Source: a virus
Virus record (IMG/VR): IMGVR_UViG_3300025660_000003
Location: 77,697-141,696 of that record
Strand: one strand, 5' to 3'
DNA: 64,000 nt
The notes beneath the pieces were generated by a model. That model saw only the letters and a program-made list of their open reading frames with translations, had not been told where the DNA came from and did not search any database. This document shows, in pieces, positions 9,901-19,996 of this stretch. How positions within the stretch are numbered: position 1 is the first letter of the stretch; each line of letters begins with the position of its first letter. The position numbers were made by a program, and so were the translations under genes.

Positions 9901-12507
9901 GACAAGCGGCTGGAAGTCACGGTCGGCAACCCGCAGGGCCACGGACAGCCGGGCGACGCCCACTTCAACGAGCTGGCCGATGCCGTCGCGTTCGTGACGG
10001 AGACCTACCGGGCCTTCCAGATCTCCGGTGCTCCCGGTGAAGAGGGTCGGGCTCGCCGCATCAAGGTCATCGGGCCGACGCGGGAGGACAACGCCAAGCT
10101 CCCCATCTCGCCTGCTGGGCTCAACGGGATCATCATCGAGGGTGCCGCCAGGGCTCCTGACGACACCGAGGCGAACCCTCTGTCGATCACCTGGGGAGGC
10201 GACGGAGCCCCTCCGCTGTTCGACCTCTCGGATGTCGCGGGCTGGACGTTCCGCGACCTGGCCTTCCGCTTTGTGCCGGACGGTTCTACTTCGGCGGTGG
10301 TGGCAGAACGCTGCCTGTTCATCACGCGGGATGGCTCGACCCGGAACTGCATCTTCGAGAACATCTACCTTCTCGGGAAGGCCCACGGCTTCTACTACTG
10401 CGACGACACGACGACCCCAGGTAGCTCGGCCTACGACAACCTGCTGTTCCGCAACTGCGACGCTGGTGAACTGACCGACTTCGCCCTCCGGGTCGAGGAC
10501 AACATCGACGCCAGCAACGCCGACGTGATGAAGGTCGAGGGCTGCGACTTCACGGTGTCCAAGCTGGGCTCCCGTGAGCTGGACGCGACGATCACCAATG
10601 GGGCCATCGTCCACATCGGGACGACCCACGCGGATCGGCTGACCCTCCGTGATTGCAGGCTCATCGGTGGCAACCTCGGCGTCTTCTCGGCTGGCGAAGG
10701 CAACGTCGTGGACGGCTGCCTCATCCAGAACACCGATCTCCCGGCGATCTGGGCGAAGTCGCACTTCTGGGAGATCAACAACAACGACATCGTGCTCGTC
10801 CACACTGAGCCAGCAGCGTCCGGGCCGTTGAACCCGGCGAAGGTGGCCGTCTACATCGAGGCAGCCGGGGCTGCGAGGAACGAGATCCACGTCATCAACA
10901 ACCGGATCGGACTCAGCGCAGGCGGTGGTCACGTTGACGACGCAGCCATCTACAGCACTGGCACATCGATCAACTGCATCTTCTCCGGCAACTTCGTTGA
11001 CTACAACATCGAGACTGCCACGGCCGTCCACGTCCTCGACAACGACATCGCGGTGGGCGATCTGAGGCCGGGTGCCGGTTGCACCGTCCGGGGCAACGCC
11101 GTGGTCGGCAACATGACCCCCACGGCGGGTCTGTCCAACATCAGCAACAACAACGTCGCTGGCCTGCTGCTGGGTGCTCTCGGCATCAACTGTCGGTACA
11201 GCAACAACTTGTTCCTCCAGGGCGACGACAACCGCCACATCACGGGAGCGGGCAGCACGTTCCACGGCGACTGGTTCGGAGACCCCACCGACGTATCCTC
11301 GGGTGGTCGGGTCTCTCGTTATGACGACAACACCTTCGTCGGTGTTCACTTCGCAGACGGGTTTGACGACGCTGATGCCACTCGGAAGGACCGCAACATC
11401 TTCGATGGCTGCGAGATCAACCTCTGGACCGACATCACGATCATCGGGAACTCCACCGTCTTCGTCGGCAACATCATCCAGGCCCAGGACGCCGATCAGG
11501 ACATCTACCTGAAGGGCAACGACAACTCGTTTGTCGGCAACCAGCTCACCATCGACACCCTGTTCCTGGAAGGTCTGGGGGGTGACCCGGACAGCATCAC
11601 GGTGGTCGGCAACCACTTCCACCAGAACCCGATCGACCCTGGTGGCCTCTACCTGCTAGCCGACCAGAGCACCGTCAGCGGCAACGTCATCGAGGGCTGG
11701 GAGACCCGCTCCGGCAACCCGAACAAGTTCTCCATCTTCGTGGAGGGCGACGGGAACGTGGTCACGGGGAACCGCTGCAACAAGGGCATGATGCTCTCGG
11801 GCAGCTCGAACATGGCTACCGGGAACCACGTCGTCACCAACCTGTATCTGGACATCAACGAGAACGCCACGGCGTTCAAGGCCAACACCGTCGATGGTAC
11901 GGTCACCATCAAGGGTGCGGCTGCGGTGCTGGAGTTCAACGACAACCACGTCGGCGGGGCCTTGGCCTACGACGCGGTGGGGAGCTACCTCAACGCCTCG
12001 ACCTTCTGTGGCAACCGCATGGGGTCCACCACGATCTTCGCCCCAGACGCGGGGCTCACCCCCTCGCTCAAGGACACGGTCGTCAACGGCAACCACTTCA
12101 ACGACTTCTCCGCTCAGGAGTCCTTGGACTGCACCTTCACGGGGAACCGCTGTCTCGGGAACGTGATCTTCACGAAGGCGGCCGGGCTGCTCTGCAACAA
12201 CAACCGCATCGGCACCAACGGTGCTGCGAGGAACCTCGGCGTCACCGACAGCGACGACTACGTTTGCAACGGCAACTACGTCACGGGCGACATCGTGGTG
12301 GACGACGCGGGCACGGTGGGCACTGGAGCGGGCATCCTGGTGGGCAACCGGGCGGAAGTCATCGCACAGGGCGGGGCTCCCCGCACGAGTCAGGTCGCCA
12401 TCGGCAACCGGACGACCGACGACATCAGCAACACCATCTTCAACACTGCACCGGGCACGGGCGAAAAGGGCATCGCCACACCCTCCAACCTGAACGTCGA
12501 GGTCTAG
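6919..12507 (+). CDS. Tail fibre/tailspike-like protein with C-terminal right-handed parallel beta-helix (1862 aa)
   Basis: C-terminal ~800 aa rich in GN/NN ladder repeats (VxGNx, NNxI), typical of pectin-lyase-like beta-helices. Confidence 0.75.
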   Translation: MADYPLTKLDKALARRAATSSSRTAWQELMERYDTVPSSKSIQAPDAITGFSGSWAASYDLGGALRDMAMGESPAQIQRRTNLLGQPGMAEINFRPYDHGTNRHGKYGPSLLGHPISFQVVGPTAKTRGLVHQWWISEAGGIDTLNLDVSADINSNGGSPSTLPAGADTINEIYGTGKIPDEGLYLVVSMTGAEGVVTDNADGFGGTDGGLGDGFIGTNPGVPGGMAARLAVVPRTESAKYEIFRVTAMTATTLVLDNAKRLSTYFDYNIGANAPVIRAITLIRPAATRLVAVPGSGSKQGSEQTFAFVPPATALNADWQPVYSEITVAGLVDPWTSGKSMTANPAWGFAADAKDYDQAVALPIPAPVNRGSGRLQGINGETPQQLPLGRFRLILDAASYFGSTLDLGKIIRINDIRRVLGGNWETFDSAPATHRGHPLLDRMLGYFEIYNTGNGDQGVGANNFYDLKFVTQVDPDTGVPFLGGASTFVMATGSGAGEEVRFQWTVHEPISTLWTGTYLHPTRLDSARLKNLIDPRWVKPTLKGRELDDMAGHTALPDRAIFDTSSSNDGAAGSNANPGNLMDLGFRVVLFPGKLSDAPGNDVIPDFDNPIDANEVILDPTKLDENQFIEVDYSAGLVHLSHPPVVGSQLVPVAGILTADNNPRGEAVFFAACVPFSREPGQMGVNPRLTAGRSLDRAGSFCGLDSPEPVDVYGGRIFWPGDTDPTLPSGPQGKILLNAELSPIDLPLTGFVDVLIGDLNPAGDPLFSNNAEERLCTFGYSTVNYADAGHGLRTTLEGTFGGADPTATYAVVPGITPVTVVLRKNIVIPNTPDGRAGTDYQFDTTYGHAKRPAALRFTHGGLTPEHDGTVSISTKDPRTDAHEALFSELFSSWCISGGINTTGLPIGGDTLHFSSAVVLIQGIRTVMPEQDVTLAVAPNSRYVYIDGSTPACPVWASTDFLPLPTDNDVLMASYTHAGGGIQTLIDLRDPLVDIDKRLEVTVGNPQGHGQPGDAHFNELADAVAFVTETYRAFQISGAPGEEGRARRIKVIGPTREDNAKLPISPAGLNGIIIEGAARAPDDTEANPLSITWGGDGAPPLFDLSDVAGWTFRDLAFRFVPDGSTSAVVAERCLFITRDGSTRNCIFENIYLLGKAHGFYYCDDTTTPGSSAYDNLLFRNCDAGELTDFALRVEDNIDASNADVMKVEGCDFTVSKLGSRELDATITNGAIVHIGTTHADRLTLRDCRLIGGNLGVFSAGEGNVVDGCLIQNTDLPAIWAKSHFWEINNNDIVLVHTEPAASGPLNPAKVAVYIEAAGAARNEIHVINNRIGLSAGGGHVDDAAIYSTGTSINCIFSGNFVDYNIETATAVHVLDNDIAVGDLRPGAGCTVRGNAVVGNMTPTAGLSNISNNNVAGLLLGALGINCRYSNNLFLQGDDNRHITGAGSTFHGDWFGDPTDVSSGGRVSRYDDNTFVGVHFADGFDDADATRKDRNIFDGCEINLWTDITIIGNSTVFVGNIIQAQDADQDIYLKGNDNSFVGNQLTIDTLFLEGLGGDPDSITVVGNHFHQNPIDPGGLYLLADQSTVSGNVIEGWETRSGNPNKFSIFVEGDGNVVTGNRCNKGMMLSGSSNMATGNHVVTNLYLDINENATAFKANTVDGTVTIKGAAAVLEFNDNHVGGALAYDAVGSYLNASTFCGNRMGSTTIFAPDAGLTPSLKDTVVNGNHFNDFSAQESLDCTFTGNRCLGNVIFTKAAGLLCNNNRIGTNGAARNLGVTDSDDYVCNGNYVTGDIVVDDAGTVGTGAGILVGNRAEVIAQGGAPRTSQVAIGNRTTDDISNTIFNTAPGTGEKGIATPSNLNVEV

Positions 12508-12511
12508 CCAA

Positions 12512-13348
12512 ATGAGAATCCTCGTTGACCTGCGCAGCCACCTGTCGGATGCACCGGAGATCATCCAGGTGCAGCGGGTTCCCGTGGAGGGCTCCACTGG
12601 TGGCGAGACCATCAACGGGAAGTACGCCATCCCGGTCCCGTTGAACATGGAGTTCCCCATCGACGGGACGAACTACATCCTGGACGGGGCTGGGGAGATC
12701 GACGGCGGGGACGTGGTGAGCATGAGCTACGCCCACCTCCTCGCCCTCTACCTGCCCTTCGAGAACGTCTACTTCAACCCGCTGCTGACCAGCGACCACG
12801 TAGGCGAGCTGGTCCTCGACCAGTCGTTCCACTTCACCGACCGCAGCGTCTCGCCCCCCGTCCAGTTCTTCCCCCGCTTCCAGACGGGACGGGAAGAGGG
12901 CGTCAGCGACGACGGGCAGATGCCCACGCACACGGCGATGATGCCCGCGAACGCGGCAATGACCCCGGAGCGGCCGGGGCTCATCATCACGGAGCCCATC
13001 GACATCGGGCCGTTCACGCTCGACTGCGACGACGTGGCGGTGGGTGCCGACGAGTTCATGGTCTTCTGGAAGCTCTACGACTTCACCATCGGGCACGACA
13101 TCGCTGGCAACGGGGGTGGGGCACACGCGGGCGTCAACACCCCGGCAGCTCGCCTGCTGGAGGAAACGGATCAGGAGCCCGACGACCTCTCTGTCTTCAT
13201 CAGCACCGACAACGGGGCCAACTGGTGTCAGGTCGGCCTGCTGGAGCCCATCGCCTTCTGCGACAAGACGACCACAGTGCGGCTGGCGTTTATGAACGAC
13301 TCCCTCACGGACAAGCTCTTCCTCGCCAGCTTCGCGCTGCTGTTCTGA
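12512..13348 (+). CDS. Virion structural protein, hypothetical (278 aa)
   Basis: Tightly packed in the structural operon; GC3 bias. Confidence 0.6.
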   Translation: MRILVDLRSHLSDAPEIIQVQRVPVEGSTGGETINGKYAIPVPLNMEFPIDGTNYILDGAGEIDGGDVVSMSYAHLLALYLPFENVYFNPLLTSDHVGELVLDQSFHFTDRSVSPPVQFFPRFQTGREEGVSDDGQMPTHTAMMPANAAMTPERPGLIITEPIDIGPFTLDCDDVAVGADEFMVFWKLYDFTIGHDIAGNGGGAHAGVNTPAARLLEETDQEPDDLSVFISTDNGANWCQVGLLEPIAFCDKTTTVRLAFMNDSLTDKLFLASFALLF

Positions 13349-13358
13349 AGGTAGGAAA

Positions 13359-16300
13359 ATGGCACTCGACCACGGAACCGGCGTCTCTCGGACCTTGAGC
13401 CCTCTCGACAGGGCCTACGCATCGGTCATCTGGCAGAAGGGCAAGCCGCCTCTCGATGCCGAGCTGAACCTCATGTCCTCGCTGGACCAGGAACGGCTGC
13501 GTGAGTACGTCGCGGGCCTGATGCCCTCCGGGTTCTTGATGGACCCGACGCGCTCTGAGTTCGACTTCAAGTTCGATCCGCTGTGGGTCAACCACTTCCA
13601 CCTGGGCGTGCCCCGGTCTGCCACCGGCAGCCTCGACGCAGACGAGACGCAGCCGGTCGTGTGGGCCAACGTCAACGGCTGGATGGTCCCGGTCGCTGGA
13701 ACGGACATCACTGGCACGGCTGATGTCCACAACGTCGTCAAGCTCTACCCCGCCCCCGGTTCCGATACCCGCGTGGACTTCGTGTTCCTGGAGGTCTGGA
13801 ACTCCCTGGTCCAGCCGAACCCCTCGACGCTGAACAAGCCCACGCTCTCGACCGTCTGGAAGTACGGCAACGTCCAGCACGGCGGCACGAACATCACGGA
13901 CGACCTCGAAGACCCGACCATCGGCTTCGAGACCAGCAAGCGAGTGCAGGTCCAGTACCGCATCCGTGTCTACGGCCAGGGCCTCGGCGGTGGAGCCAGC
14001 GTGAACCTCGCTGTCCACCCGGACGGCTTCGGTGACCCGAACATCCTCGGCCGTGGGGCCAACGTGTCCGCCCCGGTCGCCGGGATGCAGTGGGCCAACA
14101 TGCGGGAGCAGCTCGGTGACCCCTCCCTGTGGCGAGCAGGCGACGGCGACCCGAACAACGCCCTGGGCACCATCGACGGCTACACCTACGCCATCCCGAT
14201 CTGCGCGGTCTTCCGCCGGAGCCGCGAGACCTACGTGGCCGTCAAGACCAGCGGCAACCCCACGCAGAACGGAGCGACCCTCCGCACGCCTGGCGTCTAC
14301 CTGCTGGTCGATCCCCTGACGGGTGCTGTGCCCCTGCTCCAGGCGTCCCTTGGTGCGGCTCTGGGGCCGGACGACGGCAAGCTGGCCCCCTTCACCATCG
14401 CGGTAACGAACATCAACGGGTCGGGCCTCGAAGACACGGCCCACACGCTGTCGAGCATCTACCTCCAGATCGAGGATGAGATCGTCGGCATCTCGGCTGT
14501 GGACCTGGTGGGCAACACCATCACCATCCCGGCAGGTGGCCGTGGACGGTGGGGAACGGCTGCTGCGGGGCACGCGACGGCGACCCCCATCAACCAGTTC
14601 AACACCCGCCCGGACGGCCTGTACGCGGACGAGGTGGCCTCTCAGGACGTGCTGGACCTCCGCAGGGCGGTGAACCCGGGCGACTGGGACTACAACCGCA
14701 TCCTGTCCCACAACGTCGCAGCTCTGGCCAAGGGCACGCTGCGGACGGCGTGGAAGGAGAGCAACCCCGGTGACACCGAGGGTCCGGTCGTCCACGAAGT
14801 CGTGGACATGTACGCCGGGGACGAGACGCACCCGAACCACACCGACGCGGCGGACGGCTCTGACGGCGTCCGCACGGTCTGGTCGGACGGAGCCACCATC
14901 CAGCCGGATGTGACGCTCCTCCTCAAGCACGACGCCACCCGCGACGCGGACGGCATGGTCGGCTTCACGAACACCGGGTTCGATGCCCTGGTGGAGTGGG
15001 ATGTCGGTGCGAGCTTCAACCCCATCGGCTTCCTGAACACGGGCGGCGGGGCGACGGGTTGGTACAACGGCTCGTCGGTCCACCTGTTCATCGGCGGCAC
15101 CACGGGCGAGCTGGGTGCGCGGGCGACCTTCCGTGCCGCCAACGTGCGGGACGTGCGCTTCGTCACGCCGGGCGAATACTGGAAGACGGGCTATCCGGTC
15201 GTTGACCCGAACACCGGCAACCAGCACCCCGTCTCCCTCCGGTTCATTGCCGAGAAGAGCATGGTGGCCCCGCCGTCCTCCCTGGCCGCAGCCGACAAGC
15301 TCATCGCCCCCGGTCCGCAGTACCCGTGGCGGGAGGAGTCGTTCGAGCGACCCTTCATCGTGCTCGGTGGGCTGCTGCACAGCAACCTGCGGATCACGGC
15401 TCTCGATGTCAGCGCCCTGACCATGGCGGTCGATGCCTACGGCACGACCCGCTTCTACCTCGACCTGACGAGCAAGGGCTTCGACTTCGACGCGGCTGGC
15501 GGGTTCAACAACGCCAGCGGTGGTGTGTTCCCGAATGACCCGTCGCAGGTGGCGACTCCGTTCCTGCGGGGCCAGCGCACCTTCTTCGGGATGCTGACCG
15601 ATGACGGCCGGGACCAGACGGGAGCCTCTTCCGAGGTCTACCTGATGACCTTCGGTGACCCCACGGGCCGCAACAACAACGGTGCCTTCAAGGTCATCGG
15701 TGCTGGCACGGTGGGCTACACCAACGTCCCCGGCATCAACGCCGGAACGCTGGTGCTGGAGCCCCGGTCGGCGGACTTCGCTGGCTGGTCGGCCACTGGC
15801 TCCGGCAACGAGATCACGGTGGACTTCCGGTCGCAGTTCCACAACGCAGACGACATCAGCACCTACGCAGCTCGCATCGCCGACCTGGCCATCGTGCTGA
15901 CCGACATCGGTGGCGAGTCCGGTGACGGAACCCCGTGGGACCTGGCGAACGTGGGCGCGAATGCTCTGGCCCAGTCGGGCGGTGCGTACTACGCCCCGAG
16001 CAAGATGGTCCTCTCGACCACGCTGCTCTACCACCCCGGCCGTTCGGCAACGACGCGAGTGGCCGACGAGTTCGTGCGCTTCGCCATGCGTGGCGGTTCG
16101 GAAGAAACGCTCGGGACGTACCTGCGACGGTCGCCGTCGAGCATCGACACGACCTTCTCGGCCATCGGGACGGCAACGGACGAGACGTACTGGCCGACCA
16201 TCCACGTCGGCACCTGGAACCGGCTCTCCGGTCTCGGCTGGCACGCTCCCCTCGCCCCGGCCTACGGCGGCACTGTGGTGGGCTTCACCGAGCAGGACCG

Positions 16301-19043
16301 CGAGGCCGAGTGCTTCGTGGACCGTGGCAGCAAGACGGCCATCTTCCGGCCGTTCCGCAACCGGGACATGACGCTCCAGGCGCTGACCTGGCCGGACCCG
16401 GAGATCCCCGCAGGGAGCTGCCTGCTCGGTCCGTATGTGTACCCGGCCCCGGACTCGTCGGAGAAGGATGCTCTCCAGATCCTCACGGGCAACGACGGAG
16501 CCCCGCACGGCACGACGGGCAAGCGGATGGGCTTCATGGTCCCCCGCGAGTTCATGCCGCGCTTCGGTCGCCAGGACATCCCGTTCCGCCAGCTCAACCC
16601 CGGCACGGCCCCCACGGCTGCCGGGTTCATGCCGGGCATCAACCACCTGTTCACCGACGTGACCGACCTGACCAACCCGGTGTTCAACATCATCGGTGGT
16701 GAGCGGAACGCCGGAGGCGCGGAGGTCAACTCCCTGTTCATGGTGACGCGAGCCAGCGAGATCGTGTACGGCCACGGCAACAGCAGCTACGGCCCGAAGA
16801 ACATCGGTGCCTACGGTGCTCGCAAGACGACCGACATCAACCCGGCTCTCGGGCCGAACCCTGCTGCTGTCGTCGCTGCGCTCCGGGCGGTCAACTCGTC
16901 CGACCTGGGCCGTGGGCTCAAGGGCATCCAGCTCCCGCCCTACATGGGCATCGCCCGGCTGTACGGCGTCTACGAGTTCGCGGACTACACGGCCAAGGGC
17001 GGCACGGCGTTCAAGGTCAACCGCTACGAGATGGAAGCGGCTCCGGTGTCGATCAACCTCCTCCGCGAGGATGCCGACCAGCAGACGCTCTTCATCCTCC
17101 AGGACGGTGCGCTGGACCTCACGGGGGCCGTGGGTGACCACACCTACATCATCCCGTCGAACGTGCTCGACCTGTCTCGCATCCCGACCTACACCGCTGG
17201 GGACGCCTTCGAGGACTACGACTACGTCGTCGAGGCGACGGTCTTCTTCTTCGCCCGGGGCTTCATCAACGAGAACAACGTGGTCCTCGTGCGCAAGCGG
17301 GACGGCTCCTACGCCCTCAACACCGATGGGGACGACGCAGAGCTGGAGAACGTGCCGATGTGCATCCCGTCTCCGGCGGGCATCAACGACCGGCTCTACA
17401 GCGCCTACAACCGCACCGTGTACCAGGGCGACCCCTACATGACGCGGGACGGCTCGACGCGGCAGGAGGCCGACTACGAGAACCGCTACGGGCGGCTCAA
17501 GCCCTCGCAGGCGTGGCTGCTCCGCACGGCAGTCCAGCAGTTCGACTCGGCGGGCGACTTCGTCCCGCAGATGGACAACGAGCGTGGCTTTGAGGTGCTC
17601 GCCTCGATGGACTTCTACACGACGCTCGGCACGGGCAAGGTCGGCGGGATGCTGTTCCCCGGCACCCCGCTCGACGTGGGGCACATCTCCGACACGCTGC
17701 TGGCCTCCAGCCGGATGCCGCTGACGGAGACCGCAATCGACTGGCGGATCGACGTTCGGGCCTTCACCGAAGGTCAGAAGATGAACCCCAGCCGGGCAGC
17801 GGCCTCTGTGGAGATCCTGGACGCTGCGTCCATGGCAAACGCCAACGAGCACGGCCGTGCCTTCCGCGTTCGGGTGACCCACCTCGACGCCACGGAGACG
17901 ACCCTCTACGGCATCACCGCTGCACGGAACGGCGTGTTCGTGGCCAACCTCGTTCCGGCGGCGGACATCTTCGAGGTGGACGCCGGGGCCGATGAGCAGG
18001 CCACGGCGGACAACCTCGCCGTGCTCATCAACGACCACGTGGCCCTCTACCGCACGCTGACGGCAGCCGACGACGGCACCCCGAAGGTGACCCTCACGGC
18101 GATCCCGACCGGAGCAGAGGGCAACGGCATCCGGGTGACGGTGGATCTCGTGACCGTGGCTGGCGTAGGCGACCTGGTGCCTGGCCCCCCGGTCGAGACG
18201 CTGGTGCAGGAGACGCTCCGCATCGAGGTCCCGCACGACAACATGGTGGTCACTCCGCACGTCACCTCCAGTTTCTTGCTGGGCGGCATCGACGTGCCGG
18301 TGAACGCGGGCATCGGGACGAGCCAGATGGCTCTGACCGGCATGACCGAGCGCCTCCCGCTCGGCGTCCTGGTTCAGGACAGCGACTTCATGTGCGAGAA
18401 CCCGCTGGGGGACGAGGCTTCGGCCATGAACTCCAGCCCGGCTCCGCTGCGGCCCATCCAGACGCTCATGCCGCTCATCGGTGGCGAGGAGTACAGCCGA
18501 TTCATGGGCGCTCCCGGAGAGCTGCTGGCCCTGGCTGACGTGCAGATCGCCCCGTACTCCTGGGCGGCCTGGACCGACACGGCACCGGACGGTGCGACCC
18601 GCAAGTTCCGCATCTACCGGGGCGGTGCTGCCGCCTACGTGCTCTCCGGGGACAACCCCGGTGGCCCGGTGGACTGGGTGAGCGAGAGCTTCCCGAAGTC
18701 GGCACAGCCGGTCCTCAAGGGCGGCGTGCTGGCCTGCAAGGCGATGCTCGTCCGCAACTACTACGAGGAGGCGTTCGCTGGTGGGAGCCTCGCAGCCCCG
18801 AGCCAGGGCGACGAGATCCAGATGGTCATCCTGACCCACGCCCACCTCGGCGATGGCCTGACCGTGCTCAACGGGGTGACCCTCGACGGGATCATCAGCC
18901 CCAGCGGCTACGGCGAGGGCTACTCGGCAGCCGACCGCTACCGCTGCATGGGACGACCGATGTTCCGTGGGTACAGTCGCGTCATCCCGGACCCGGCCAC
19001 CGTCACTCTGGCGGTGTACCCGGAGGACCAGCGAGGCGTCTGA
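13359..19043 (+). CDS. Large virion structural protein (baseplate wedge/tail-associated, 1894 aa)
   Basis: AGGA RBS. N-terminal WQKGKPPLDAELN motif typical of large-phage baseplate proteins. Paralogous to the first ORF. Confidence 0.7.
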   Translation: MALDHGTGVSRTLSPLDRAYASVIWQKGKPPLDAELNLMSSLDQERLREYVAGLMPSGFLMDPTRSEFDFKFDPLWVNHFHLGVPRSATGSLDADETQPVVWANVNGWMVPVAGTDITGTADVHNVVKLYPAPGSDTRVDFVFLEVWNSLVQPNPSTLNKPTLSTVWKYGNVQHGGTNITDDLEDPTIGFETSKRVQVQYRIRVYGQGLGGGASVNLAVHPDGFGDPNILGRGANVSAPVAGMQWANMREQLGDPSLWRAGDGDPNNALGTIDGYTYAIPICAVFRRSRETYVAVKTSGNPTQNGATLRTPGVYLLVDPLTGAVPLLQASLGAALGPDDGKLAPFTIAVTNINGSGLEDTAHTLSSIYLQIEDEIVGISAVDLVGNTITIPAGGRGRWGTAAAGHATATPINQFNTRPDGLYADEVASQDVLDLRRAVNPGDWDYNRILSHNVAALAKGTLRTAWKESNPGDTEGPVVHEVVDMYAGDETHPNHTDAADGSDGVRTVWSDGATIQPDVTLLLKHDATRDADGMVGFTNTGFDALVEWDVGASFNPIGFLNTGGGATGWYNGSSVHLFIGGTTGELGARATFRAANVRDVRFVTPGEYWKTGYPVVDPNTGNQHPVSLRFIAEKSMVAPPSSLAAADKLIAPGPQYPWREESFERPFIVLGGLLHSNLRITALDVSALTMAVDAYGTTRFYLDLTSKGFDFDAAGGFNNASGGVFPNDPSQVATPFLRGQRTFFGMLTDDGRDQTGASSEVYLMTFGDPTGRNNNGAFKVIGAGTVGYTNVPGINAGTLVLEPRSADFAGWSATGSGNEITVDFRSQFHNADDISTYAARIADLAIVLTDIGGESGDGTPWDLANVGANALAQSGGAYYAPSKMVLSTTLLYHPGRSATTRVADEFVRFAMRGGSEETLGTYLRRSPSSIDTTFSAIGTATDETYWPTIHVGTWNRLSGLGWHAPLAPAYGGTVVGFTEQDREAECFVDRGSKTAIFRPFRNRDMTLQALTWPDPEIPAGSCLLGPYVYPAPDSSEKDALQILTGNDGAPHGTTGKRMGFMVPREFMPRFGRQDIPFRQLNPGTAPTAAGFMPGINHLFTDVTDLTNPVFNIIGGERNAGGAEVNSLFMVTRASEIVYGHGNSSYGPKNIGAYGARKTTDINPALGPNPAAVVAALRAVNSSDLGRGLKGIQLPPYMGIARLYGVYEFADYTAKGGTAFKVNRYEMEAAPVSINLLREDADQQTLFILQDGALDLTGAVGDHTYIIPSNVLDLSRIPTYTAGDAFEDYDYVVEATVFFFARGFINENNVVLVRKRDGSYALNTDGDDAELENVPMCIPSPAGINDRLYSAYNRTVYQGDPYMTRDGSTRQEADYENRYGRLKPSQAWLLRTAVQQFDSAGDFVPQMDNERGFEVLASMDFYTTLGTGKVGGMLFPGTPLDVGHISDTLLASSRMPLTETAIDWRIDVRAFTEGQKMNPSRAAASVEILDAASMANANEHGRAFRVRVTHLDATETTLYGITAARNGVFVANLVPAADIFEVDAGADEQATADNLAVLINDHVALYRTLTAADDGTPKVTLTAIPTGAEGNGIRVTVDLVTVAGVGDLVPGPPVETLVQETLRIEVPHDNMVVTPHVTSSFLLGGIDVPVNAGIGTSQMALTGMTERLPLGVLVQDSDFMCENPLGDEASAMNSSPAPLRPIQTLMPLIGGEEYSRFMGAPGELLALADVQIAPYSWAAWTDTAPDGATRKFRIYRGGAAAYVLSGDNPGGPVDWVSESFPKSAQPVLKGGVLACKAMLVRNYYEEAFAGGSLAAPSQGDEIQMVILTHAHLGDGLTVLNGVTLDGIISPSGYGEGYSAADRYRCMGRPMFRGYSRVIPDPATVTLAVYPEDQRGV

Positions 19044-19049
19044 TAGCCC

Positions 19050-19388
19050 ATGCCCTTCCTGAACCGACGAGACATCGCCCTCAAGACGAGGACACAGGCT
19101 GAGAAGGACTACCGGGTACAGCTCCGGGCGGCCCTCTCAACCCCTGGTCTGCCTGCTGAACAGCGGGTGGAGATCCAGCGTCGGCTGAAGAGCGTGGGGA
19201 AGCCCCGCGTGTACGACGCCAACTCGCCAGCCCCTCCTGGGGCCATCGAGTTCACTACCCCGGAGGTCGCCACGGAAGCGTCCCTGAAGGGTCTGACGAA
19301 AGCAGCTCTGGTTGCGCTCGCTGGAGGGCGGGGACTTCCCACCTCTGGCACAAAGGCCGTTCTGGTCGGGCGTCTGCTGGGTCGCTGA
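19050..19388 (+). CDS. SAP-domain protein
   Basis: C-terminal LKGLTKAALVALAGGRGLPTSGTKAVLVGRL matches the SAP pattern. Confidence 0.7.
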   Translation: MPFLNRRDIALKTRTQAEKDYRVQLRAALSTPGLPAEQRVEIQRRLKSVGKPRVYDANSPAPPGAIEFTTPEVATEASLKGLTKAALVALAGGRGLPTSGTKAVLVGRLLGR

Positions 19389-19403
19389 ACCAAGGAGGCA
19401 GCC

Positions 19404-19937
19404 ATGCGCTACCTGACACTGATCCTGCTTGCCCTGTCGCTGACCATCGCGGTCCCCGCATTCGCAGAGCCCACCGAACCCGCAGTCGCAGTCGAGCCCG
19501 CAGACGATGACGACTCGGCAGCCATCCCGGAGGCCCCGGAAGCCGACGACGACGATGCTGTCCCGACAGTCGATGACGACGACTCGGCAGTCGTCGCTGT
19601 CCCTGAGACCGACGAAGAGGCCATGCTGCTCATCAGCAAGCTCCTCGACGCGGCCAACAACGGGCACTGGACCGTCTTCGCGGGTCTCCTGATCCTGCTC
19701 ATGGTCTTCGGCATGAACCGCCTGGGCCTCGCAGCGAAGATCGGCGGCAAGTGGGTTCCCTGGGTCACCCTCGGAACGGGTGCTGCGGTCGCCATCGCAA
19801 TCGGCCTGGCCACGGGTGCTGGGGTGGGCGAGTCCATCGCAGCCGGGCTTCTCGAAGGCACCGTCGCCATCGCTCTGTGGGAGCTGCTCGCCAAGCACGC
19901 CACCACCAAGAAGGCGGACGGCACCGACCGCGCCTAG
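19404..19937 (+). CDS. Membrane protein with signal peptide, acidic linker and ~3 TM segments
   Basis: AAGGAGG RBS; signal peptide ending AFA; hydrophobic stretches. Confidence 0.7.
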   Translation: MRYLTLILLALSLTIAVPAFAEPTEPAVAVEPADDDDSAAIPEAPEADDDDAVPTVDDDDSAVVAVPETDEEAMLLISKLLDAANNGHWTVFAGLLILLMVFGMNRLGLAAKIGGKWVPWVTLGTGAAVAIAIGLATGAGVGESIAAGLLEGTVAIALWELLAKHATTKKADGTDRA

Positions 19938-19958
19938 CCCTGAACGTCTACTCGACTG

Positions 19959-19987
19959 GCAACGCCTCCCGAATCGGGAGGCGTTGC
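19959..19987. terminator. Hairpin between convergent transcription units (putative bidirectional terminator)
   Basis: GCAACGCCTCCCGA-A-TCGGGAGGCGTTGC perfect inverted repeat. Confidence 0.7.
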
Positions 19988-19996
19988 TGCTTGGGC

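Noticed and set aside
10300-12507. Diversity-generating retroelement target (AAC-rich tail fibre end)
   Set aside because: The Asn richness is explained by the beta-helix ladder. No template repeat or reverse transcriptase was seen in the window.
13305-18845. 1846-aa antisense ORF (also 155..1945, 9592..11622, 30686..32959 and similar)
   Set aside because: Typical stop-free shadow frames of GC3-biased sense genes. They are V/R/G/H-rich with no recognisable motifs.
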